Origin: Comamonadaceae bacterium
Lineage (GTDB): Bacteria > Pseudomonadota > Gammaproteobacteria > Burkholderiales > Burkholderiaceae_C
Direction of reading: 5' to 3'
DNA length: 64,000 nucleotides
NCBI GenBank assembly: GCA_947450895.1
Contig: CANFWT010000006.1
Location: 11,048-75,047 of the forward strand
Shown here in pieces: positions 1-11,485 of the stretch (its first letter is position 1; each line of letters begins with the position of its first letter). Made by a program: the position numbers and the translations under genes. The notes beneath the pieces were generated by a model. The model ran no database searches. It was not told where the DNA came from and saw only the letters and a list, made by a program, of their open reading frames with translations.

Positions 1-116
1 TGCACTACACCTTGGGCGGCCCCTTTTTCAAAGAGTTTTACAATGTTGAATATGCGCCGGAATGGTATCGGGAGCGTGATGATATGCTTCGTTGTTTGCA
101 GAGGGATCAGTCCTGA
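1..116 (+). CDS. 3' end of a glycosyltransferase-like protein (partial)
   Basis: Frame from nt 3 reads HYTLGGPFFKEFYNVEYAPEWYRE...*. The HYTxGGPxF..Y...EYA..W tail resembles GT-A (GT8-like) nucleotide-sugar transferases. Not in the ORF track. Confidence 0.6.
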   Translation, partial: HYTLGGPFFKEFYNVEYAPEWYRERDDMLRCLQRDQS

Positions 117-213
117 GATTCAGGGTCTCCTCATAGCGTTCGATATTCCTTAGCTTGTGGCAATCTAAGCGATGAATTCGTGGCTCAAGTAAGTAATGTT
201 CAATAGGATTTAG

Positions 214-1356
214 ATGGCACTAATTCTGATTACCGGGGGTGCAGGTTTTATTGGTTCTCACCTGACCAGACACTTGCTCGCAGCGAGGCACACCGTTCGA
301 ATTCTGGACTGTTTGGCTCCTCAAATTCATGGTCAGGTTCCAACCGGCTTGGATTGGTTGAACGGTCCTGGTGTCGACTTCATCCATGGTTCAGTGACCG
401 ATGAATTGGTGGTCCGTAAGGCTTTGCAAGGCGTGACAACTGTTGTTCATCTGGCAGCCGAAACCGGCACCGGACAGTCCATGTATGAGATTGCCCGCTA
501 CAACTCAGTCAACGTGGGGGGTACCGCCTTGCTGCTCGATGTACTGGCAAACGACCGGCATCGCAGCGTGAATCGCATCGTCCTTGCATCCAGTCGCTCC
601 ATTTACGGCGAAGGCGCGTATAACTGTCCAAGTTGTAATAACCAAAAGCGCCACTATCCGGATGGCCGCAATATGGCCCAACTTTCAGAGCACCGCTGGG
701 AGCATTCCTGCCCGACTTGTGGTGACAACCTTGAACCGGTAGCGACCCATGAAGATGACCCGGCCAAACCTGCTTCAATCTATGCGGCCACCAAGTATGC
801 ACAAGAGGATCTAGTGCGCGTGGCTTGTTCCGCGCTGGGTGTAGATTATGCTATTTTGCGTCTACAAAATGTCTATGGGGAAGGGCAATCACTGAACAAC
901 CCCTACACAGGCATTTTGTCGATCTTCTCCACCCGCGTCCGTCGCGGCCAGCATCTGCCAATCTTTGAAGATGGTCATGAGACGCGTGATTTCGTCCATG
1001 TTCAAGATGTCGCGAACAGCTTCCTGGCCGCCGTTCAATCCCCGAGTGCGCTTTCTGCGGTAATTAATGTCGGAGTCGGTACCAAAACATCAGTTGCCGA
1101 AATTGCTGCCCATTTAAGCGTGTCTTTTGGAGTTTCACCTGATTTACTCATGACAAAGGAATATCGACTGGGAGATATACGCCATAATTTTGCAGATATC
1201 AAAAGGCTGCAAAAAATACTTGGCTATCAACCAGAAATAAATCTAGCGACAGGTATGCAACGATTTGCTCGCTGGGTACAACGGCAGGTCCTGCCTGAAG
1301 ATAAACTCAACCAAGCAAATTTTGAATTGAAATCGCGTGGCTTGATGGGGGAATGA
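214..1356 (+). CDS. NAD-dependent epimerase/dehydratase (extended SDR, WbiB-like)
   Basis: ITGGAGFIG Rossmann motif, YAATK (YxxxK), CPSC...CPTC insertion; RBS-like AGGA upstream. Confidence 0.9.
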   Translation: MALILITGGAGFIGSHLTRHLLAARHTVRILDCLAPQIHGQVPTGLDWLNGPGVDFIHGSVTDELVVRKALQGVTTVVHLAAETGTGQSMYEIARYNSVNVGGTALLLDVLANDRHRSVNRIVLASSRSIYGEGAYNCPSCNNQKRHYPDGRNMAQLSEHRWEHSCPTCGDNLEPVATHEDDPAKPASIYAATKYAQEDLVRVACSALGVDYAILRLQNVYGEGQSLNNPYTGILSIFSTRVRRGQHLPIFEDGHETRDFVHVQDVANSFLAAVQSPSALSAVINVGVGTKTSVAEIAAHLSVSFGVSPDLLMTKEYRLGDIRHNFADIKRLQKILGYQPEINLATGMQRFARWVQRQVLPEDKLNQANFELKSRGLMGE

Positions 1357-1359
1357 TCC

Positions 1360-2088
1360 GTGAAACGCATATTTGTTTTTGGGGACTCGCATACTAGAGC
1401 GTTGAAAGACGCTCATAAGGATTTCAAATTGTTAGAGCCATCTTTGAATTTTGAAATTCACTGGATGTTATCGGAAAAAAATGGTGCAATTCGTGGCGAT
1501 TTGAGGTACGAAGATGCATTAACCACAGCATCGGACTTGCTCGAAAGTGATTTGCTGGTTATTTCCCTGCTAGGTACAGGCCACAATATATTTGGATTGA
1601 TAGAGCACGACATTCCTTTCTACCTCTGGGATGATTATCAGAGCGAGCACAGCGCCCCTGGAAAAGACCTGATACCAATCAACTTAATATATGATATGTT
1701 TATTGATTTTTGCAAAAAAAATAAACGAATACTAGAGTTAAAAAAAGGCACAAAAGCAAAAGTGGTACATTTGATGACACCGCCGCCAAAGGGTGAAAAT
1801 GACTATATCAAGTCAAAGATCAGTCGATACAGGGATAAAGTAATTGGAGATTATGCTATCAACCCTCCTAAAATAAGACTGAAACTTTGGCAACTTGAAA
1901 TGAAGGCGCTGCGGGATATATGTGAAGACTATGACATTGAAATTTTACCACCGCCAGAGTGTGCAATTGATGACGCAGGATTTTTGAAGATTGATTATTA
2001 TGGCAGCGATGCGACGCATGCAAATATAAAATATGGGAAACTGGTTTTGTCGCAACTTGAAAAATTGATTAGCTATTGGCCAAAATAG
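1360..2088 (+). CDS. Hypothetical protein, SGNH/GDSL-like
   Basis: N-terminal VFGDSH and C-terminal DATH (DxxH); AT-rich coding sequence. Confidence 0.55.
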   Translation: MKRIFVFGDSHTRALKDAHKDFKLLEPSLNFEIHWMLSEKNGAIRGDLRYEDALTTASDLLESDLLVISLLGTGHNIFGLIEHDIPFYLWDDYQSEHSAPGKDLIPINLIYDMFIDFCKKNKRILELKKGTKAKVVHLMTPPPKGENDYIKSKISRYRDKVIGDYAINPPKIRLKLWQLEMKALRDICEDYDIEILPPPECAIDDAGFLKIDYYGSDATHANIKYGKLVLSQLEKLISYWPK

Positions 2089-2104
2089 GTTTAATTAAAA
2101 TCCT

Positions 2105-3166
2105 ATGAACTTAATTGATTTGATCACCAGAAAAGACAGGAACTTGGTTCGTGTCGGCCATGACTTAGAAATTATTCGTTTGGAGTGGGAAAGCTCTTGG
2201 AGGGCAATCAGGATACAAAGAGACGAGACTGCACAGTTGGTTTTGGGAAACATTGAATCTCACTATTTCATGCGATCAAGGCCATCGGATATTGGTTGGT
2301 TTGCTGCGATATCAGGTCTATCAGGTTCAGGTGAACTGGTTGTATCGATTCAACAAGGGAGAATAAAGCGGACAAATATAGTGGCGCTTACTGCAATCCC
2401 GGTGCCAGTCTTCTTGCCTTGGCCAGATAATTCTGATTCAATAATTGGTGATGTTCGTATTTCATTTCATTTTATATTGAAACATGGTGAATGTGCGAAT
2501 ATATTAATCCATCAGCGTCTCGAACGCAGTCATATATTAAGATATGCTGTAGGTAATGGCGTTGAGTTAGGCCCCGGCCCAAAACCACAAGTTCTTCCTT
2601 CCGATTCTGTAAAAGTAGAGTATGTTGAAGAATCTCCAATGGAAAAATGGGTAGAAAGCTATGATCAAAATGGAAAATATGGCGCCAAATCAGCTGATTT
2701 TTCAAATTATACTATAGGGACTGCGTGGGATTTACCTCAATATGATAACTCCCTTGATTTTATTTTCTCTAGTCATGTTATTGAACACTTGGCCAATCCT
2801 ATTGGTCATTTTGTCCGTTGGAAACAAAAGCTCAAATTAAATGGTGCGATTCTTGCTGTAGTACCTGATATGTTGGGGACAAAAGACTACCTGGCCACAC
2901 CTTCTACTATCGACGAGTTGGAAGAAGAATTTAGAGCTGGAATTTCTGCGCCCTCCAAAAGGCATTATGCCCGATGGGCAACAATGAAAAAAAAAGGTCG
3001 CGAAGTAGATGATTTGATTGCAAAAGGTGTTTCAATTCATGCACATTTTTACAATCCGAATAGTATGGCCGATCTGCTCGGACGGTGTGTAAATGATCAT
3101 GGCTTTAATCATTACTCAATTATCCAAAGAAGAAACCACAAAGACTTTTATTTTATTTTAAAATAA
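2105..3166 (+). CDS. Class I SAM-dependent methyltransferase-domain protein
   Basis: VELGPG motif I; SLDFIFSSHVIEHLANP typical of Methyltransf_11. Confidence 0.75.
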   Translation: MNLIDLITRKDRNLVRVGHDLEIIRLEWESSWRAIRIQRDETAQLVLGNIESHYFMRSRPSDIGWFAAISGLSGSGELVVSIQQGRIKRTNIVALTAIPVPVFLPWPDNSDSIIGDVRISFHFILKHGECANILIHQRLERSHILRYAVGNGVELGPGPKPQVLPSDSVKVEYVEESPMEKWVESYDQNGKYGAKSADFSNYTIGTAWDLPQYDNSLDFIFSSHVIEHLANPIGHFVRWKQKLKLNGAILAVVPDMLGTKDYLATPSTIDELEEEFRAGISAPSKRHYARWATMKKKGREVDDLIAKGVSIHAHFYNPNSMADLLGRCVNDHGFNHYSIIQRRNHKDFYFILK

Positions 3167-3167
3167 T

Positions 3168-5121
<1,954 letters not shown>

Positions 5122-5122
<1 letters not shown>

Positions 5123-5860
5123 TGCCCGCGATGACAAGACCAGGAAGCGTACGTTGCGTAATTGTTATTCCTGCCATTTTTTGATTCGACCCGGCTGCCG
5201 GTAAGTCTTTGTGGATATTTTCGGTAATTCGTTGATCTGGCTTGCAGTCGAGTGCGCCGGAGAAGGAGTCGGTATTGCTGCGATGATCTTGGCTACCTAT
5301 AATGGAGACGTATCTCCGGCTGTCGAGGCTTTCGGTGGGCAGCGCATCATGATTTAGCCAGATCACCTATCGCATACGGATTGTCTGGCCGAGGTCTTTC
5401 GACAACATTTATATTAATTTGCAGGGCGATGTACCCTTGGTGCTGCTGAGGGCGTAGAACTACCAGTCGCCGGCATGCTGATAGAACGAGGTATCAATTT
5501 GGGCAAACTGTGTTGTCCCCTCGCGGCAAACGAGGCAAGCAGGCCCAACAGTGTCAAGGTGGTGTCGACAGCAACTGCAATGCCAGGTGTTAGAGCCGTA
5601 GTGACCTGCCTCTATTCTCCATACGCGCGATGCCACTCGATTCACCTATGGCAATCGTGTCGGCGGCTATGCTTATCGGCGCATGTACTGGATAGTTTTG
5701 GCGAGCTGCCCCGGCCCACTCTGGAAAAATCTGAGAATCTAGAACAACTAACTTGTTGTCGGCTAACCTATCCGTGCCTTCGAGCTCGCGCCGATGGCGC
5801 TCAGTGTGGGTACTAAGGGATGTCTTGTCCGACTGATAGCCATTCTCTGGTTAACCCGGT
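5122..5860 (+). pseudogene. kdsB: Decayed CMP-Kdo synthetase (kdsB/kpsU)
   Basis: Pieces across frames: VIVIPA.FDSTRLP(G)K, VEAFGG...*PDHLSHTDCLAEV, IYINLQGDVPLV, PNSVKVV, PTLEKSENLEQL; several frameshifts and in-frame stops. Confidence 0.85.
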
Positions 5861-5879
5861 TCCGCTTTTTGCCACCTTA

Positions 5880-6345
5880 GCCTTGCTCAGTTCGAGCGGG
5901 TGATTATCGATATGGATCGCGTGTTGACTGGTGTGGCTTATACTGTCTTTACGACTCCAAATCATTTAAGCGCCCTTGATGCTTTCGATGGTTTCGGCGT
6001 GCACATGCCGGAGGAACGTAGCGGCCGTAATTTAGTGGTTTCCGCGCGAGGCGCACCAACGCTGCAAAAGCGAGTGGAAGACCTCAAGGACTCGTTCGCG
6101 ATATTTGGTAGAAAGACAAATTTTTTCCGTTAAAGCGCTGATCGAGCAACCAGGCGTCAAAGCTGTTGCAACCACTGTATTGGCGCTGATTGTATCAATT
6201 TGCCGGAATTTGAGGTGTGTGGAGTCTCTTTTTCGGTTGTAGATGCACAGGATCATGTGAAGCGTTTGGCTGGCAGAATTTTTTCTTTGGGTAAACGGTG
6301 CGGGGTTTTTCGCGAGATGCTTGATTTGATAAGGAGAGATAAAAT
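5880..6345 (+). pseudogene. kdsC: Decayed Kdo-8-phosphate phosphatase (HAD family)
   Basis: IIDMDRVLTG (cf. DVDGVLTDG), FDGFG, VSARG; after a break IGADCINLPEFEVCGVSFSVVDA...GVFREMLDLI (cf. IGDD.NDLP...GLSFAVADA...GAVREV). Split between ORFs 5900-6133 and 6200-6478. Confidence 0.8.
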
Positions 6346-6471
6346 TAATAGCAAACCAGTTAAAAAAGTTGAATATTATTGCTCAATAATAAAAAAATTA
6401 TACCAATGGCTATTAAGCTCATCATTCATGGGCGACCATTTCAAGCAAAAAATAATTTATGGGTGGCTTAA

Positions 6472-7077
6472 ATGGTAAGAGTTGGTGTTGCTGATTATCT
6501 AAGAAAACATGTGCACAAAGGAGGAATTGTTGTAATTCCAGATAGTAAAGTAATATACATGAAGGCGTGTAAAACTGCTGGAACCAGTATTTACAGAGGT
6601 GTATTAAAAGATGTATTTAATAATGTGTTAAATGTAAAAGATTCACCTGTCGAATTTTACGCTTGGCTTGGCAGTATTAGTGACGATGAGTTGAGTTCCT
6701 ACTATATATTTTCCGTGGTGAGAAATCCTTATGAAAGATTGTTGTCGGCTGCGACCCATTTTAATTTACATTTAGATGATCTTTGCAATAGATTTCAAGA
6801 TATCACGAGTGATAAGAAAATAAGAACGCATACGTTGCCTTGCAATTTATACACCCACATCGACGGCGTGCAATTTGTTGATGATATTATAAAGTTCGAA
6901 GCACTGGATCCTGATATATATAAGGTATTCTATCGCTTGCGCATTCCGGATGCAAAATTACCTCATATGAACAAGACTAATCACCTAAGCTACCGTGATA
7001 TTTTTGATAAAAAATCAGTTGATTTTGTGAAGAGCCATTACGAGTTGGACTTATTTTATTATGAATACAGCTTCTAG
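6472..7077 (+). CDS. Sulfotransferase family 2 protein
   Basis: KACKTAGTS (5'-PAPS loop) and VVRNPYERLLS (3'-PB motif); very AT-rich. Confidence 0.8.
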   Translation: MVRVGVADYLRKHVHKGGIVVIPDSKVIYMKACKTAGTSIYRGVLKDVFNNVLNVKDSPVEFYAWLGSISDDELSSYYIFSVVRNPYERLLSAATHFNLHLDDLCNRFQDITSDKKIRTHTLPCNLYTHIDGVQFVDDIIKFEALDPDIYKVFYRLRIPDAKLPHMNKTNHLSYRDIFDKKSVDFVKSHYELDLFYYEYSF

Positions 7078-8035
7078 TTGCTCTTATCAATCTCCAATAT
7101 TGGACTTGGCGCGAAAAGTTATTTCTAATGAAATTGACGAATTGCAGGTGATGCGTAATAGCATTAGCATTACATTCTGTAGTGCTGTAGAAATGGTGAT
7201 GGCAGCTCGGGGTCGTCTCGTAGTCGTAGGCATGGGCAAATCCGGCATCATTGGCCGCAAGATTGCTGCCACTTTGTCATCAACCGGTACAGCCTCGTTT
7301 TTCGTTCACCCCGCCGAAGCCTTTCATGGTGATTTAGGCATGATCCATGCCGATGATGTGGTGTTGATGATTTCAAACAGCGGCGAAACGGAAGAGCTCA
7401 TCCGGCTGCTACCGTTCATGAAACACCAGGGCAACAAGATCATCGCTATGAGCGGTCGCATGGATTCGACACTGACTCAAAATGCGGATGCCGTCCTGGA
7501 TGTCTCAGTTTCCCAAGAAGCCTGCAACAACAATCTGGCACCTACCAGCTCAACGACCGCCACATTGGTTATGGGTGATGCCTTGGCAGTCGTGTTGTCT
7601 ACTTTAAAGAACTTTCAGCCCGAGGACTTTGCCCGCTTCCACCCGGGGGGCAGTTTGGGCCGCCGCTTACTCACCAAGGTTTCGGATGTGATGCACAGAG
7701 ATAATCTGCCTATCTGTACGCCGAGTGCACCCTTGCGCGAAGTAGTTGGGGTTATTACCAGAGGCAAACTGGGCGTGGCGCTAGTGATGGACGCTGGGCA
7801 AATGCGGGGCATCATTACCGATGGAGACCTCCGTAAGGCGTTTGAGGATGTCCCTGATCCACTCAAACTCATCGCAAGCGACTTTATGACGCAAAACCCA
7901 CGGGTTATTTTCGAGCACGAAAATTTGGCTGAGGCAGAAAAGAAGATGAAAGAACTTACCAAAAGACTACTGGTCGTCGTTAACTCACACTCCGAGCCGG
8001 TCGGTGTGTTGCAGATTTTTGATGTCGAGGAGTAA
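7061..8035 (+). CDS. kdsD: Arabinose-5-phosphate isomerase (KdsD/KpsF/GutQ family, SIS + CBS)
   Basis: VGMGKSGIIGRKIAATLSSTGT, HPAEAFHGDLG, LAPTSST, FHPGGSLG, CBS pair. Confidence 0.93.
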   Translation: MNTASSCSYQSPILDLARKVISNEIDELQVMRNSISITFCSAVEMVMAARGRLVVVGMGKSGIIGRKIAATLSSTGTASFFVHPAEAFHGDLGMIHADDVVLMISNSGETEELIRLLPFMKHQGNKIIAMSGRMDSTLTQNADAVLDVSVSQEACNNNLAPTSSTTATLVMGDALAVVLSTLKNFQPEDFARFHPGGSLGRRLLTKVSDVMHRDNLPICTPSAPLREVVGVITRGKLGVALVMDAGQMRGIITDGDLRKAFEDVPDPLKLIASDFMTQNPRVIFEHENLAEAEKKMKELTKRLLVVVNSHSEPVGVLQIFDVEE

Positions 8036-8040
8036 TTCAG

Positions 8041-9681
8041 GTGAGTCCGTCGACAACAAGCTTAGCTGTGAAATGCATTTTTGTATTGGGAATGCACCGC
8101 TCTGGCACTTCCGCATTCACAGGCTTGCTTTGTCGCTTCGGAGTCGTCCCTGGACTGGATTTACTGCCTGCGAATTACTCTAATCCAAAAGGATTTTTCG
8201 AGAGTAAGGCGGTCGTGGATATAAATAACGCGATTTTGAAGGCGCTTGGTTCATCTTGGGATGATATGAACGCATTGCCAATGGACTGGCAAATACACCC
8301 CGCTATTCAAGCGCTACGTATTGATATTGCTGCGTTGTTTTCATCACTTGCTGTTGCGGCGACCCCGCTGGTTATCAAGGATCCGAGGTTGAGTAAGACC
8401 TTGCCGCTGTGGCTCGGTGTGCTGCGGGATTTCGGCGTCCAACCTGTGGTGGTGATTTGCGTCCGGGAACCGAGTGCGGTGGCGCAGTCTGAAAAAATGA
8501 TGAAGGGATTTCCCCTGATCAAGTCCCTGCTACTGTACTTGGATTACAACTTGCAGGCGGAGCGTAATAGCCGCGATATCCCTCGAGCGATAGTGACATA
8601 TTCAGATCTGCTCGCAGATTGGGAGGCGGTATTACGGAAAGTCGATAGAGAGCTGGGTCTTGGGTTGCCGCTCGAAGTAGCCGGGTGGGAGAAGAGGGGT
8701 GCTGATTTCATAAGCCCTGAGCTTGATCGCTCTAAACCCGAAAACGGTGAATTTGAGCGTTGTGGCACTGCGGGCGATATGGCGACTTCGCTCTATAAAG
8801 CGTTGCGGTCATACAGGGTTAATGATGTCGAAGGGCTAATGCAGCGATTTGTAGCCTATCAAGAAGACATTAAACCATGGGGCGCCATCCTGCAATATGT
8901 TCAGAACATTGAGGAACGTTTTCCCACTTTGGATCTGGGTCCGCGTTTGGGTTACTCGCGAATGCAAAGCAGTCTTAGCTGGGCTGACGGGACGTCAGCT
9001 GAGTTTGACACGAGAAACATTGTTACGACCAAGTGGGTCTATGGCACTGAACGGAAGACTATTCGCCTCGCGTTTGATCGCCAGTGCATAGCTTACAAAT
9101 TTCGCCTGACGTTCGCCAATCGGCCTTGTTATGTAAAGTTGCACTCGTTGGTGTTGCAGCGAAGTGAGAATGTAGTCGGTCAGTGGAATCATGTGCATGA
9201 TTTATTGATTGGACATTCGAAGTCATGTGTTAATTTTTCGCAAAAAAAGGTTGATGCAGTTGACGCGTGGATTTTCCTAGACAGTATAGGGTATTTTGAT
9301 ATTAAGTTTCCAGGCGATTCTCCACTTGCTCTTGGCTCAGATTGTCATTTGGACCTTGAGATCGAAGTTGCTGATGTCTCTGCCGCTGTAAAGCCACTTT
9401 TGGCTAGTCTAACTCTCTCGCAAAAGGATGCACGCAAACTGCGGGACCAGCTTCAAGCGGTTACCACCAAGCAGGTCGACGAGAGCCGGGTTTCTGGGTT
9501 GTTGGAGGAAATAGCCGACCTGAATGGGTTACTACAGACGTCAATAGAAATCCGCGATCAAAAAATTGCTTCTCAGAACCAAATGCTTGACCGTACGCGA
9601 GTAGAACTATTACGTGCTGAAGCACAACTGGATATTCTAAAGGATTTGATGATTGGGTGCTTGAACGAAGAGCGCTTATAG
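8041..9681 (+). CDS. Sulfotransferase-family protein with C-terminal coiled coil
   Basis: VLGMHRSGTS, NPKGFFES, IKDPRL, ICVREP; heptad-like C-terminus. Confidence 0.75.
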   Translation: MSPSTTSLAVKCIFVLGMHRSGTSAFTGLLCRFGVVPGLDLLPANYSNPKGFFESKAVVDINNAILKALGSSWDDMNALPMDWQIHPAIQALRIDIAALFSSLAVAATPLVIKDPRLSKTLPLWLGVLRDFGVQPVVVICVREPSAVAQSEKMMKGFPLIKSLLLYLDYNLQAERNSRDIPRAIVTYSDLLADWEAVLRKVDRELGLGLPLEVAGWEKRGADFISPELDRSKPENGEFERCGTAGDMATSLYKALRSYRVNDVEGLMQRFVAYQEDIKPWGAILQYVQNIEERFPTLDLGPRLGYSRMQSSLSWADGTSAEFDTRNIVTTKWVYGTERKTIRLAFDRQCIAYKFRLTFANRPCYVKLHSLVLQRSENVVGQWNHVHDLLIGHSKSCVNFSQKKVDAVDAWIFLDSIGYFDIKFPGDSPLALGSDCHLDLEIEVADVSAAVKPLLASLTLSQKDARKLRDQLQAVTTKQVDESRVSGLLEEIADLNGLLQTSIEIRDQKIASQNQMLDRTRVELLRAEAQLDILKDLMIGCLNEERL

Positions 9682-9964
9682 CATCATATTGGTTTGGTGA
9701 TTTCTTTATTATTCATACAAGCGCAATTTTAATTGTTTATATCGGCCATATTTATGGTCTGGGAGTAATGCAGATGTACGCTGAAACTGACCTGACTGAC
9801 TCCGTCCAAATTTGGCAGACCCTGTTCAACCGGGATCATCACGCACACTTATTCGTCCTTGAAAATTAATTTATCAGGGACGAATAAGTAGTTTTTGACG
9901 CCAAGCTTTGTTTGCTGCATGACTTTAATTCCTACCTTCTCAATATTTTGTGCAAAATTAAGGC

Positions 9965-10273
9965 ATGCCCAAATCTTCCGCCCACATTGATTTTTTGCCG
10001 CCGCTGGCATTGCAGTCCTTAAAGACTTTGGGTGAGGGTTTGGCGCTGGCGCGATTGCGGCGAAAAGAGTCCTTGCGCAGTTGGGCCTTGCGCATGGGGG
10101 TGGCGGTGTGCACTGTGCAACGCATGGAGAAGGGCGATCCGGGTGTGGGTATGCGCATTTATGCCTTGGCTATTTGGCTGATGGGGCGCGCCCAGGCGCT
10201 TGCCGAGGTGTCAGCCCCTGAGCACGATATGGCCGCCTTGGACCCAGCTGGTTGGCCCATGGATTTAGCTTGA
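9965..10273 (+). CDS. XRE-family HTH protein (HipB-like antitoxin), 3' end probably altered
   Basis: LARLRRKESLRSWALRMGVAVCTVQRMEKGDPGV HTH; precedes a HipA-like fragment. Confidence 0.7.
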   Translation: MPKSSAHIDFLPPLALQSLKTLGEGLALARLRRKESLRSWALRMGVAVCTVQRMEKGDPGVGMRIYALAIWLMGRAQALAEVSAPEHDMAALDPAGWPMDLA

Positions 10274-10599
10274 GCGAAGGCCTGCCACTCCACAACGCTG
10301 AGTTTTTTCCCGTTGCACCAGATGCTGCGGCAGGTGCCACAGATGACGCGCGTCCAGACCGGTGGGGGGACCGGGTGATTCGCTTCGTGATCAAGCCGCA
10401 AAGGTTGTCCACCTTGGACTATCTGTACTTTGCGGGCAACAACCCGGTTGGGGCCTTGGGTGCATCTGCATCTGCAGACGTGTATGCGCCCTACCGGCTT
10501 GGTGTGTTGCCAGAATTAGCGGATGTGCAGCAGATGCACGATGCCATCCGTCGGGGGATTGGTGAGATGCGCCAAGACTACCAAACGGCACTGAAATGA
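10252..10599 (+). pseudogene. Truncated HipA-like toxin fragment
   Basis: HGFSLSEGLPL, DDARPDRWGDRVIR, LDYLYFAG..GALG resemble a HipA N-terminal region; kinase domain absent. Confidence 0.65.
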
Positions 10600-10621
10600 T
10601 TCTTTATAAGGCCATACACCG

Positions 10622-11485
10622 ATGAGCCGCTCAATTGGTATTTGGCAAATTTACTACCAAGCGGCTCAAGAGTCCAAGCTTGATAAGGCGTTTATCCCCC
10701 TGGACAACAGCCAATTTCCCTCAGAAACCCATGAGTTTGCTGTATTTCAGCGCCTGCTGGCCAGTGGTGCAGCAGATACGCTTTCTGCCTGGGGGGCATT
10801 GTCATGGCGCTTTGCGGAGAAGACAGGGCTTTCTGGCCAAGAATTGTTGCGCATGGTGGAGCAGGCGCCCGAGGCCGACGTGTTCTATATGAACCCCTTT
10901 CCGCATATTGAGGCATTGTTTTCCTCACCGTGGTGGCATGGCGAGGTAGCGCACCCCGAATTTTTGGAGGTGGCTAGTGCCTTTTTCGCGGCTGCAGGTC
11001 TGGACGCGGCCGAGTTGCACCGGCTGACACCGGCGCGCGAGTTTTCGATGTGCAATTATTTTGTGGGCGGGCCGCGCTTTTGGCAGAGTTATCTGCCGTT
11101 TGTAGAACAGGCTTTAAGGCGGGCGGACGAGCATATGCCCCCCGGATTGCGCGCAAAAATGCATTCAGAGGACGCGGACTGGCGCAAATTGCACCACGCT
11201 TCTACCTATGTGCCGTTTATCGTAGAGCGTTTGTTCACTGTTTATTTGCGTACCCAAGGGCGCCATCTCAAGGCGCATAAAATATCGTCACCGCGCGGCG
11301 AGGACAATATGAACAAGGCCCTGATCGAATTAATATCTATGAAAGATATGGCGATATTGACCCGTTCAAAAACAATATTAGCACTGTGGCAAAAAGAGCG
11401 TGCAGCGTATTTTCGCCAAACCAGCAGCGTGTGGTGGTGCGATCGCTATTTGGGCCGCTTATTGGATGCACCAGTTAGCTGGTGA
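10622..11485 (+). CDS. Hypothetical polysaccharide-locus protein (possible glycosyltransferase fold)
   Basis: IWQIYY start, GALSWRF, PFIVERLF; in operon with the GT2. Confidence 0.5.
   Translation: MSRSIGIWQIYYQAAQESKLDKAFIPLDNSQFPSETHEFAVFQRLLASGAADTLSAWGALSWRFAEKTGLSGQELLRMVEQAPEADVFYMNPFPHIEALFSSPWWHGEVAHPEFLEVASAFFAAAGLDAAELHRLTPAREFSMCNYFVGGPRFWQSYLPFVEQALRRADEHMPPGLRAKMHSEDADWRKLHHASTYVPFIVERLFTVYLRTQGRHLKAHKISSPRGEDNMNKALIELISMKDMAILTRSKTILALWQKERAAYFRQTSSVWWCDRYLGRLLDAPVSW

Noticed and set aside
6200-6478. 92-aa ORF as an independent gene
   Set aside because: It is the C-terminal half of the kdsC pseudogene reading on into AT-rich DNA
9657-9869. Small ORF between the sulfotransferase and the HTH gene
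   Set aside because: No recognisable motif or RBS; may be non-coding or a remnant I cannot assign
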